The translations under genes were made by a program, and so were the position numbers. From Bifidobacteriaceae bacterium (GTDB lineage: Bacteria; Actinomycetota; Actinomycetes; Actinomycetales; WQXJ01), in contig JAITJZ010000137.1 of assembly GCA_031278655.1 (NCBI GenBank), positions 4,310-68,309 on the forward strand: DNA of 64,000 nucleotides, written 5' to 3'. Positions 34,666 through 42,323 of the stretch are shown piece by piece. The notes below the pieces were generated by a model. It had not been told where the DNA came from. It was given only the letters and a program-made list of their open reading frames with translations, and did not search any database. The number at the start of each line of letters is the position of its first letter. Position 1 is the stretch's first letter.

Positions 34666-37353
34666 ATGGCGCCACATGGGCTTAGCCGCGTCCAGGTAGC
34701 GGAATCGCTGAGGGAGCATGGCTCCAACAGTCTGACCGAACGGGACAAGCCCGGCTTCTGGAGCAAATTCTTGGGCAACCTCAGCGATCCGATGATCAGG
34801 ATCCTGTGCGTGGCCCTGGCCATCAATGTTGTCTTCGCCTTCCTCGGCAAGACCGAGTGGTACGAGCCGGTGGGCATAGCCGTCGCCGTCTTGCTGGCCA
34901 CGTTCGTCTCGACCACATCGGAATACCGCAACGAGCAGGCCTTTCAGAAGCTCCAGGAGGAGGCTTCGAAGATTGTCTGCAAGGTCTACCGGGACGGTTC
35001 CGCCGCCGAGGTGCCCTTGAACGACATCGTGGTCGGGGACTTGGTGTTGTTGCAGTCCGGGGACCTGGTGCCGGCCGACGGGTTCTTGGTCGAGGGCTCG
35101 TTGGGGGTCGACCAGTCGGCCCTCAACGGCGAGACCAGCGAGGCGCCGAAGACCGTGGCGGCGCCGGGACAGGCCGATGCCGCCGCCCCGGTCGACTTCC
35201 TCGATCCGCACCGTCTCTTCCGCGGTTCGATCGTCTACTCCGGCAACGCGGTCATGGAGGTCTCGACGGTCGGTGATCGGTCGGTTTACGGCCAGATCGC
35301 GGGCGAGTTGCAGCAGGACGACAACCGTGAGACGCCGCTTCAGGTCAAACTCCGCGCGCTGGCCAAGTCGATCAGCCTGTTCGGCTATCTGGGCGGAACC
35401 CTGATCGCTGTGGCGCTGCTGTTCCAGCGCATCGTGGTTCAGAACGGCTTCGACCCCGCCCAGATCGCCGCCTACTGCTCGGACTGGATGGTGATCGCCA
35501 ACGACATCATCCAAGCCCTCATGCTGGCGGTGATAATCGTGGTCATGGCCGTGCCCGAGGGCCTGCCGCTGATGATCGCCATCGTCTCGGCCCTGAACAT
35601 GGGCAAGATGCTGCGCGACAACGTGCTGGTGCGGAAGATCTCCGGGATTGAGACCGCCGGCAGCCTCAACATCCTCTTCTCCGACAAAACCGGCACCATC
35701 ACCAAGGGCGAACTCGAAACGGTGGTCTTCGTCGACGGCCGGGCCAGACGGCATCGGACAATTGGCGACGTGCCCGGCGAGCTGGAAAACCTGCTGGCGC
35801 TCTCCGTGCGGGCCAACACCAGCGGGATCGTCTCCGACGGCGCCGACGGCCAGGCGGACATGATCGGCGGCAACGCGACCGAGCGCGCGATCTGGCGTTT
35901 CGTCATCGGCGCGGCGGACTCGCCCGCGGTCACGGCCGTCGAAACCATCCCCTTCAACAGCGCGAACAAGTACTCGGCCACCCAAATCGCGGGCGCCTGG
36001 AACCTGACCCTGATCAAAGGCGCGCCCGAGCGCATCCTCGACAACTGCCGCCACTACTACGACGAGCAGGGCCGGCGCGTCCCGCTGACGGATCGCGCCG
36101 CCCTCGACGGCGAGATCAACGCCCTGGCCGAGCGGGCCATCCGGGTGCTGGCCCTGGCCACCAGCGAGGGCGCCATCGCGGGCGACCAACTGCCGCAGGA
36201 CGACTGGACGCTGGTCGGGATTGTCGGCATCCGCGACGAGATCCGCGCCGAATCGGTCCCCGCCATCCGCGAAGTGCGCAACGCCGGCGTGCAAGTGGTG
36301 ATGATCACCGGCGACCGCCGGGACACCGCCGTGGCTGTCGCCAAGGAGGTCGGGCTGATCGCCAGCGACCGCGACCGGGTCCTGACCTCTGGCGAGCTAG
36401 CGCGCCTGGACGACGCCGAACTGGGCCGGGCGCTCGGCGACGTGCGCGTCATCGCCCGGGCGCTGCCCAGCGACAAGACGCGCCTGGTGCGAATCGCCCA
36501 AGCGGGCAACCGGGTGGTCGGCATGACCGGCGACGGGGTCAACGATTCGCCGGCCCTGAAGATGGCGGACGTCGGCTTCGCCATGGGCGGCGGCACCGAG
36601 ATCGCCAAAGAGGCCAGCGAGATCATCATCATGGATGACAATTTCAGCTCGATCGACAAAGCCATCCTCTACGGGCGCACCATCTTCAACACCATCCGCA
36701 AGTTCATCATCTTCCAGTTGACGGTCAACGTCTCGGCCGTGCTGATCAGCTTCGCCGCGCCGCTGCTGGGCATGAAGACGCCCCTGACCATCACCCAGAT
36801 CCTTTGGGTCAACCTGGTCATGGACACCCTGGCCGCGCTCGCCTTCGGCGGCGAGCCGGCGTTGGGGCGCTTCATGCGGGAGAAACCGAAACGCCGCGAC
36901 GAGTCCGTCCTCAGCCGCAACATGTGGAGCGCCATCCTGACGGGCAGCCTGTTCTGCTTCGCCATCAGCCTGTTGTTCCTGCTCACACCGCTGGTCACGG
37001 ACCTGTTCCGGGAAGGCCCCGCCGGGGACCCGGGCCGCTACCTGCTGACGGGTTACTTCGCGCTGTTCGTCTTCACGGCCGTCTTCAACGCTTTCAACGC
37101 CCGCACCGAGCAGCTGAACCTGTTCGACAACATCAGCCGGAACTTGGGCTTCATCAACGTCATCGCGCTGATCGCCGGGGTTCAGGTGCTGCTGACCTAC
37201 ATTGGCGGGCCGGTCCTTGGCGGCTACGGGTTGACGCCGCTCGAATGGGGCGTGGTGCTGGGCCTGGCCGTGCTGATCATCCCGGTCGACCTGGCCCGCA
37301 AGGCCGCCGTCCGCCTCTACCGCCAGGCCAGGCGCCGAAGCGCGCGCGTTTGA
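34666..37353 (+). CDS. Calcium-translocating P-type ATPase (type II, PMCA/SERCA-like)
   Basis: PEGLP is in TM4, DKTGTITKG is the phosphorylation site, and TGDRRDTA and GDGVNDSPALK are also present. The N-terminus GLSRVQVAESLREHGSNSL is typical of type II pumps. Confidence 0.9.
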   Translation: MAPHGLSRVQVAESLREHGSNSLTERDKPGFWSKFLGNLSDPMIRILCVALAINVVFAFLGKTEWYEPVGIAVAVLLATFVSTTSEYRNEQAFQKLQEEASKIVCKVYRDGSAAEVPLNDIVVGDLVLLQSGDLVPADGFLVEGSLGVDQSALNGETSEAPKTVAAPGQADAAAPVDFLDPHRLFRGSIVYSGNAVMEVSTVGDRSVYGQIAGELQQDDNRETPLQVKLRALAKSISLFGYLGGTLIAVALLFQRIVVQNGFDPAQIAAYCSDWMVIANDIIQALMLAVIIVVMAVPEGLPLMIAIVSALNMGKMLRDNVLVRKISGIETAGSLNILFSDKTGTITKGELETVVFVDGRARRHRTIGDVPGELENLLALSVRANTSGIVSDGADGQADMIGGNATERAIWRFVIGAADSPAVTAVETIPFNSANKYSATQIAGAWNLTLIKGAPERILDNCRHYYDEQGRRVPLTDRAALDGEINALAERAIRVLALATSEGAIAGDQLPQDDWTLVGIVGIRDEIRAESVPAIREVRNAGVQVVMITGDRRDTAVAVAKEVGLIASDRDRVLTSGELARLDDAELGRALGDVRVIARALPSDKTRLVRIAQAGNRVVGMTGDGVNDSPALKMADVGFAMGGGTEIAKEASEIIIMDDNFSSIDKAILYGRTIFNTIRKFIIFQLTVNVSAVLISFAAPLLGMKTPLTITQILWVNLVMDTLAALAFGGEPALGRFMREKPKRRDESVLSRNMWSAILTGSLFCFAISLLFLLTPLVTDLFREGPAGDPGRYLLTGYFALFVFTAVFNAFNARTEQLNLFDNISRNLGFINVIALIAGVQVLLTYIGGPVLGGYGLTPLEWGVVLGLAVLIIPVDLARKAAVRLYRQARRRSARV

Positions 37354-37400
37354 CGACCCGCGCGCTGGGGTTGGCCTGATGGGTGGCCCTGGCGGTGGCC

Positions 37401-37454
37401 GGGTTGGCGGGGTTGGCGGGCTTGGCGGGCTTGGCGGGTTGGCGGGCTTGGCGG
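37401..37454. repeat. Intergenic tandem 9-bp repeat (GG[G/C]TTGGCG, about 6 units) between the ATPase and ftsQ 3' ends
   Basis: Read directly: gggttggcg gggttggcg ggcttggcg ggcttggcg ggttggcg ggcttggcg. Confidence 0.85.
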
Positions 37455-38426
37455 TCAGCGGACCACCGGGAACTCGGGGGCGGTGACGTCGATGGCGTTC
37501 ACATTCGGCTCTTTCAGCAGCACTTCGACCGCCGCCGCCTTCAGCGCCCCGTTGGACGAGTCGCCCCAGGCCACGACCACGCCTCCGGCCAGGGTCAGGG
37601 TGACGGTGTCCTCGGTCTCCGCGCCCAGGCTGGCCACCTGCGCGGTCAACCATTCGGGCAGGGACGCCGCCACGCGCAGCACCGATTCGACGGTGCGGCG
37701 ATTGCCGTCCGTCAGCGGCACCGCGATGATCGGCAGCCCCTGCGGCGGCTGGTCGACCCGGATGACCACGGCGGCCTCCGCGTCCAGCAGGACATATTCG
37801 GCGCCGTCCTGGACCGCCGCCGCCGCGCGACGCGGCTCCAGGCGCACCGTCAGGCCGGTCGGCCAGGCCCGCTCAACGCTGGCGGCCTTGATCGGGGTGA
37901 GTTCCAACAGGCGCGCCTCGATCTGGGACGGGCTGACACGCACCAGCGGCACGCCCACCTCCTTGGCCAGCACCCGTGAGACCTCGGCCCGGTCGATCCA
38001 ACCGCCGAGCCCATTGATCTCGATGTCGCCGGCGCGGACGGCGAACACCGGTGACAACCACAGCAGCGCCGCCGCGCCCGCCAGGACCACAGCCGGCGCC
38101 GCCCAGCGCGCCGCCCGCTGGAACGCGCCCCAGCGTGCCGCCCGCCGGCGCGCCTTGAAGGCGGCCTGGGTGCGGCTGGCGGCCAATTCGGCCGGGCTCG
38201 GGCCGCTGGCGGCCCGGCCCGCGGCCAGTTCCGCGCCGCCCCGGCCGGCGGCCACGAGGCGCCCCGCCAAGCCGCCGCCGGGTCCCGCCCGCCTGATGCC
38301 AGCGATCCCCCCTGCGACCCGGGTGACCTCTGCGACCCCTGCGACCTCTGCGACCCCGGCGCCGCCGCCCGGCGCCGCGGCCGCGTTGGCCGGCGGGCCG
38401 AAGCCCAGCCACGCGCCCATCCCCAT
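37455..38426 (-). CDS. ftsQ: Cell division protein FtsQ (POTRA domain)
   Basis: Low-complexity N-terminus, one TM segment (PAVVLAGAAALLWLSPVF), then a POTRA-like stretch VRAGDIEINGLGGWIDRAEV. Position after murC fits. The ATG at 38426 overlaps the murC stop. Confidence 0.8.
   Translation of the reverse strand: MGMGAWLGFGPPANAAAAPGGGAGVAEVAGVAEVTRVAGGIAGIRRAGPGGGLAGRLVAAGRGGAELAAGRAASGPSPAELAASRTQAAFKARRRAARWGAFQRAARWAAPAVVLAGAAALLWLSPVFAVRAGDIEINGLGGWIDRAEVSRVLAKEVGVPLVRVSPSQIEARLLELTPIKAASVERAWPTGLTVRLEPRRAAAAVQDGAEYVLLDAEAAVVIRVDQPPQGLPIIAVPLTDGNRRTVESVLRVAASLPEWLTAQVASLGAETEDTVTLTLAGGVVVAWGDSSNGALKAAAVEVLLKEPNVNAIDVTAPEFPVVR
38312..38356. repeat. In-frame 9-bp repeat inside ftsQ (encodes VAE/VAG triplets)
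   Basis: CTGCGACC recurs at 38312, 38330, 38339 and 38348. The protein reads GVAEVAGVAEVTRVAGG. Confidence 0.8.
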
Positions 38427-39877
38427 CAGCCGCGTGCCTCCAACTTGGACACGATTCGCGGTCCCAATTCGGTGACGTCGCCCGCGCCCATGGTCAAGAC
38501 CATGTCCCCAGGTTGGGCCGCCGCCGCCACCGCGGCGGCGACCAAGCCAGGGTCGCCGTCCCGCGCCCACTGGAACACGGCGCCTGGCGCCGTGTTCGGC
38601 CCGTCCTGACCTGCCGAGGGCGGCCTTGATGGGGCGGCGGCCAGGATCAGTCCGGAATCGACGCCGGGCACGGGCGCCTCGCGGGCGCCGTAGACGTCGA
38701 GCAGCCAGACCTTGTCCGCCGCCGCCAGTTCCCTGGCGAAGGCGGCGGCGTAGCGCTGGGTGCGGGAGAACAGATGCGGCTGGAAGACCACCAGCAACCG
38801 GCCCCGGCCCACCCGGGCGCGAGCCGCCGCCAAGGTGGCGCGGATTTCGGTCGGATGATGGGCGTAGTCGTCAAAGACCGCGACCCCTCCGGCGCCGCCC
38901 TTGGGCTCGAAGCGCCGGGCCGTCCCGGCGAAGGCGGCCAGTCCGGCCCGGGCGCGGGCCGGATCGGCCCCCAGCCTGGCCGCCGTCAAGGCGGCCGCCT
39001 CCGCGTTCAGGGCCACATGCCGCCCGCCCAGGCCCGCTCCGTCCAGGCCCGCTCCGTCCAGGCCCGCTCGGTCCAGGCCACCGTCCAAGCCATAACCGAT
39101 CAGTTCCGGAGCCCCGGCGCCCCCGGCCCGGCCACCCGGGCTTTCCGGGCCCTTCATGCTCTCCAGGCTCGCCATGCTCTCCAGGCTCGCCATGCTCTCC
39201 AGCAGCCGGGCCGCGCCCCAGTCGGCGGCGCAGGCGATCAGCGCCCCGCCGGGGCGCACGCGCCCGGCGAAGGCCGCGAAGGCGTCGAAATAGGCCTCGA
39301 AGGCGCCGTAATGATCGGCGTGGTCGAAGTCCGTGTCGATGTTCGTGACCACGGCCACCAGCGGCCGAAAGTTCAAGAACGACCCGTCCGACTCGTCGGC
39401 CTCGATCACCATCAGGTCGCCAGGCGCGGCCCGCGCGCCCGAGCCGCGCCCAATCAATTCCGAACCGATCGCGTAAGAGGGCTCCAGCCCGGCCGCCTCC
39501 AGCGCCGCCACCACCATGGCGGCGGTGGTGGTCTTGCCGTGGGTGCCCGCCACCGCCACCAGGCGGCGGCGGTTGGCTATGGCCGCCAACGCCACCGCGC
39601 GGTGTTGCACCACCAGCCCGGGCCGCGCCCGCGCGGCCGCCAACTCGGGCGTGTCCGCCGGCACCGCGCCGGTGTGGACCAGCCGGCCGACGCCCTCCAG
39701 GTGGGCCGGGTCGTGGCCGACGCAGGTCTTCACGCCCAAGGCGGCCAGGCGCGCCAGCGTGGCCGAGTCCCGCCCGTCGCAACCCGAAACGGCGTTGCCG
39801 GCGCCAACTTCCAGTTCGGCCAGCGCCGACATGCCGACGCCTCCCACCCCCATCAGGTGAACCGACTCGCCGCTCAC
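38426..39877 (-). CDS. murC: UDP-N-acetylmuramate--L-alanine ligase
   Basis: VHLMGVGGVGMSALAEL, VAVAGTHGKTTTAAM and a Mur ligase C-terminal domain. The position in the dcw cluster fits. The GTG start overlaps the murG stop. Confidence 0.9.
   Translation of the reverse strand: MSGESVHLMGVGGVGMSALAELEVGAGNAVSGCDGRDSATLARLAALGVKTCVGHDPAHLEGVGRLVHTGAVPADTPELAAARARPGLVVQHRAVALAAIANRRRLVAVAGTHGKTTTAAMVVAALEAAGLEPSYAIGSELIGRGSGARAAPGDLMVIEADESDGSFLNFRPLVAVVTNIDTDFDHADHYGAFEAYFDAFAAFAGRVRPGGALIACAADWGAARLLESMASLESMASLESMKGPESPGGRAGGAGAPELIGYGLDGGLDRAGLDGAGLDGAGLGGRHVALNAEAAALTAARLGADPARARAGLAAFAGTARRFEPKGGAGGVAVFDDYAHHPTEIRATLAAARARVGRGRLLVVFQPHLFSRTQRYAAAFARELAAADKVWLLDVYGAREAPVPGVDSGLILAAAPSRPPSAGQDGPNTAPGAVFQWARDGDPGLVAAAVAAAAQPGDMVLTMGAGDVTELGPRIVSKLEARG
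39029..39088. repeat. In-frame 15-bp tandem repeat inside murC (about 3.5 units, encodes GAGLD)
   Basis: caggcccgctccgtc x2, then caggcccgctcggtc and a partial unit. The protein reads GLDRAGLDGAGLDGAGLGG. Confidence 0.9.
39155..39203. repeat. In-frame 18-bp tandem repeat inside murC (about 2.7 units, encodes ASLESM)
   Basis: catgctctccaggctcgc x2 plus a partial unit. The protein reads ESMASLESMASLESM. Confidence 0.9.
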
Positions 39878-40959
39878 CGCGCCACCGCCTCGATCATGTC
39901 CGCCAGGCGCTCAGCCCCGTCCCGGATCGCCACGGCCGCCGCCCCGGCGGCCATGGTCTCCAGGCGGGCGGCATCGGTCAGCAAATCGGTCAGCCGCTCG
40001 CCCGCCCAGGCGGCGAAGTCGGCATCCTCGACCAGGATGGCGCCGCCAGCGGCCACCAGGCCGGCGGCGTTCAGGCGCTGCTCGCCGTTGCCGATCGCCA
40101 ACGGCACCAGCACGCTCGGCAACGCGGCACAGGCCAATTCGCTGACGCTGCCTGCGCCCGCCCGCTCGACCGCCAGATCGGCCGCCGCCAGGGCCAACTC
40201 CATCTCGGCCAGGTACTCGCGGACGTGATAATGCCCGCCGCCGCCGTCCCGGCCCAGAGCCTCGATCACCGCCGCCGCTTTGCCGCGCCCGGTCAGGTGC
40301 AGCACCTGGGCGCCGGCCCGCGACAACTGGCCGGCCACCGCCACAGCCCCCCGGTTGAGGTTGACCGCCCCCAGCGATCCGCCCGCCACCAGCAGAGTCG
40401 GCCTGTCGGGCGCCAGCCCCAGCAGGGCGCGGGCCTGCGGGCGGGCGCCCGCCCGGTCGAGCCGGGCCAGTTCGGCCCGCAGCGGCATGCCGACCACCTT
40501 GGCGCCCGGCAGATCGGTCCCCGGGAAGGTCACGCCCACGGCGGCGGCCCGCGGCGCGCCCCAGCGGTTTGCCAGGCCCGGCCGGGCGTTGGCCTCATGC
40601 ACCACGATCGGCACGCCGACCTTGGCCGCCACCCGGTAGACCGGGCTGGCGACATAACCGCCGAAGCCGACCACGGCATCGGGCTCGAAGTCCGTCATCA
40701 GCTCCCGCAAACGGCCCACCGCCTGACGCCACAGCCCCGGAAAGCGCAGCGCGTAGGCGCCGGGGCGGCGCGGCAGCGGCGCCTTGGGGATGATGGCCAG
40801 CTCGAGCCCGGCGGCCGGCACCAACTCCGCCTCCAGGCCCTCGGCTGTGCCGACCACGCGCAGGGACAGCTCGGTGTGGCGGCGGCGCAGTTCGGCGGCC
40901 GTCGCCAGCAGCGGCCCGACGTGGCCGAAGGTGCCGCCCCCGGCCAGCAACAGCCTCAC
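39874..40959 (-). CDS. murG: Undecaprenyldiphospho-muramoylpentapeptide beta-N-acetylglucosaminyltransferase
   Basis: LLLAGGGTFGHVGP is the G-loop, HEANARPGLANR is present, and the GT28 C-terminal half has GAGSVSELA. The GTG start overlaps the ftsW stop. Confidence 0.9.
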   Translation of the reverse strand: MRLLLAGGGTFGHVGPLLATAAELRRRHTELSLRVVGTAEGLEAELVPAAGLELAIIPKAPLPRRPGAYALRFPGLWRQAVGRLRELMTDFEPDAVVGFGGYVASPVYRVAAKVGVPIVVHEANARPGLANRWGAPRAAAVGVTFPGTDLPGAKVVGMPLRAELARLDRAGARPQARALLGLAPDRPTLLVAGGSLGAVNLNRGAVAVAGQLSRAGAQVLHLTGRGKAAAVIEALGRDGGGGHYHVREYLAEMELALAAADLAVERAGAGSVSELACAALPSVLVPLAIGNGEQRLNAAGLVAAGGAILVEDADFAAWAGERLTDLLTDAARLETMAAGAAAVAIRDGAERLADMIEAVAR

Positions 40960-42323
40960 GGCGCCCGCCTGGCGCCCGGCCGCGCCGCCCGTTCCGATGA
41001 CGCCGCCCGTTCCGATGACGCCGCCCGTTCCGATGACGCCGCCCGCGCCGGCCGCTCAAGAGGAACTGACCGCACCGGAGACGCCGCCCGTTCCGATGAC
41101 GCCGCCCGCGCCGGCCGCGCAGCCCGCGCCGGGCGCGCCGGCCGCTCGGCGGTGACCGCCGCCACCCGGCTGGCCCGCCGCGAGCGGACCTTGAGCGCTT
41201 CCTTGACCTGCGGATCGGTTCGCATCAGCCCGAACACCACGCCGATCGCCGCCAGACAACTGATCAGCGCCGAGCCGCCGGCCGAGACGAAAGGCAGCGG
41301 CACGCCGATGACCGGCAGCAGTTTGATGACCATGCCAATGTTGACAAGGGCCTGGCCCTCGATCCAGCAGCCGATGGTGCCCACGGCCACCTGCACCGAG
41401 CGGCTCGGGTGCAGCCGCACCACCTGGAACAGGCCCAAGCCCAACGCCCCGAACAGGGCCAGCACCGTCAGCGTGCCCAGCAAGCCCATCTCCTCGCCAA
41501 TGATGGCGAAGATGAAATCGGATTCGGCCTGCGACAGATAGGACCACTTGCCGCGCGATGCGCCCAGGCCGGCGCCGAACCAGCCGCCCGAGGCCAGCGA
41601 GTATTCGGCCTGGCGGATCTGCCAGCACTGGTCGGCCAGTTCTTCGCAAGCCTCCGGGTTGTAGGCCACCATCAGGCGGTTCAACCGGTGGGAGGCCCCG
41701 GCCACCACGGCGAAACCGACCGCCCCCAGCGAAGCGGCCAGGATCGCCAGCTTTGACCACGGCACCCCCGCCAACACCAGGGCGCCGAAGGCCATCAGCC
41801 CTATCACCAGCGCGGTTCCGGCGTCATCGCCCTTCAACACCAGGCCCATCCCCAAGGCGATCCCGATCAGGCCGGGCACGATCAACTCGCCCCACCTGGT
41901 CAGCAGGTCCTTCTTGTTGGCCAGCACCGACCCCAACCACAACGCCAGGCCGAACTTGATGAACTCGGACGGCTGGATGGTGGTGAAGCCCAGGTCGAGC
42001 CAGTTGCGGTTGCCGTACTCGCCGCGCCCCAGCCCGGTGAACACCACCAGCGCCTGCAGCGCCAGGGTGGCGATCAGCGCCGACCAGGCGACCGCCCGGC
42101 CGAGCAGCCGGTGGGTGTGCGCCAGCACCAGGCCGGCGGCCGCGCCGATGAGCGCGAAGGCCGCCTGGCTGAGCCCGGCCCGGTACGGGTTCTCGCCCTC
42201 GGACAGGGCCGAGATGGTGTGCGCGGACATGGTCATGAACAGCCCGAGGACCGTCAGCAGCGCCACCGAGATGAGGATCATCAGGTGCGCCACGCGCAGC
42301 GAGTGCAAGCGGTCAGCCGGCAT
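40956..42323 (-). CDS. ftsW: Lipid II flippase/peptidoglycan glycosyltransferase FtsW (SEDS family)
   Basis: Ten hydrophobic segments, with IQPSEFIKF, SDFIFAIIGEEMGL and PFVSAGGSAL. A repeat-rich C-terminal tail follows. Confidence 0.9.
   Translation of the reverse strand: MPADRLHSLRVAHLMILISVALLTVLGLFMTMSAHTISALSEGENPYRAGLSQAAFALIGAAAGLVLAHTHRLLGRAVAWSALIATLALQALVVFTGLGRGEYGNRNWLDLGFTTIQPSEFIKFGLALWLGSVLANKKDLLTRWGELIVPGLIGIALGMGLVLKGDDAGTALVIGLMAFGALVLAGVPWSKLAILAASLGAVGFAVVAGASHRLNRLMVAYNPEACEELADQCWQIRQAEYSLASGGWFGAGLGASRGKWSYLSQAESDFIFAIIGEEMGLLGTLTVLALFGALGLGLFQVVRLHPSRSVQVAVGTIGCWIEGQALVNIGMVIKLLPVIGVPLPFVSAGGSALISCLAAIGVVFGLMRTDPQVKEALKVRSRRASRVAAVTAERPARPARAARPARAASSERAASPVRSVPLERPARAASSERAASSERAASSERAARPGARRAP
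40983..41120. repeat. In-frame 18-bp tandem repeat in the ftsW 3' tail (encodes ERAASS), with a second dispersed copy
   Basis: cgccgcccgttccgatga x3 (40983-41036) and again at 41082-41099. The three-unit run (40983-41036) and the separate 41082-41099 copy are both followed by cgccgcccgcgccggccg. Confidence 0.9.
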
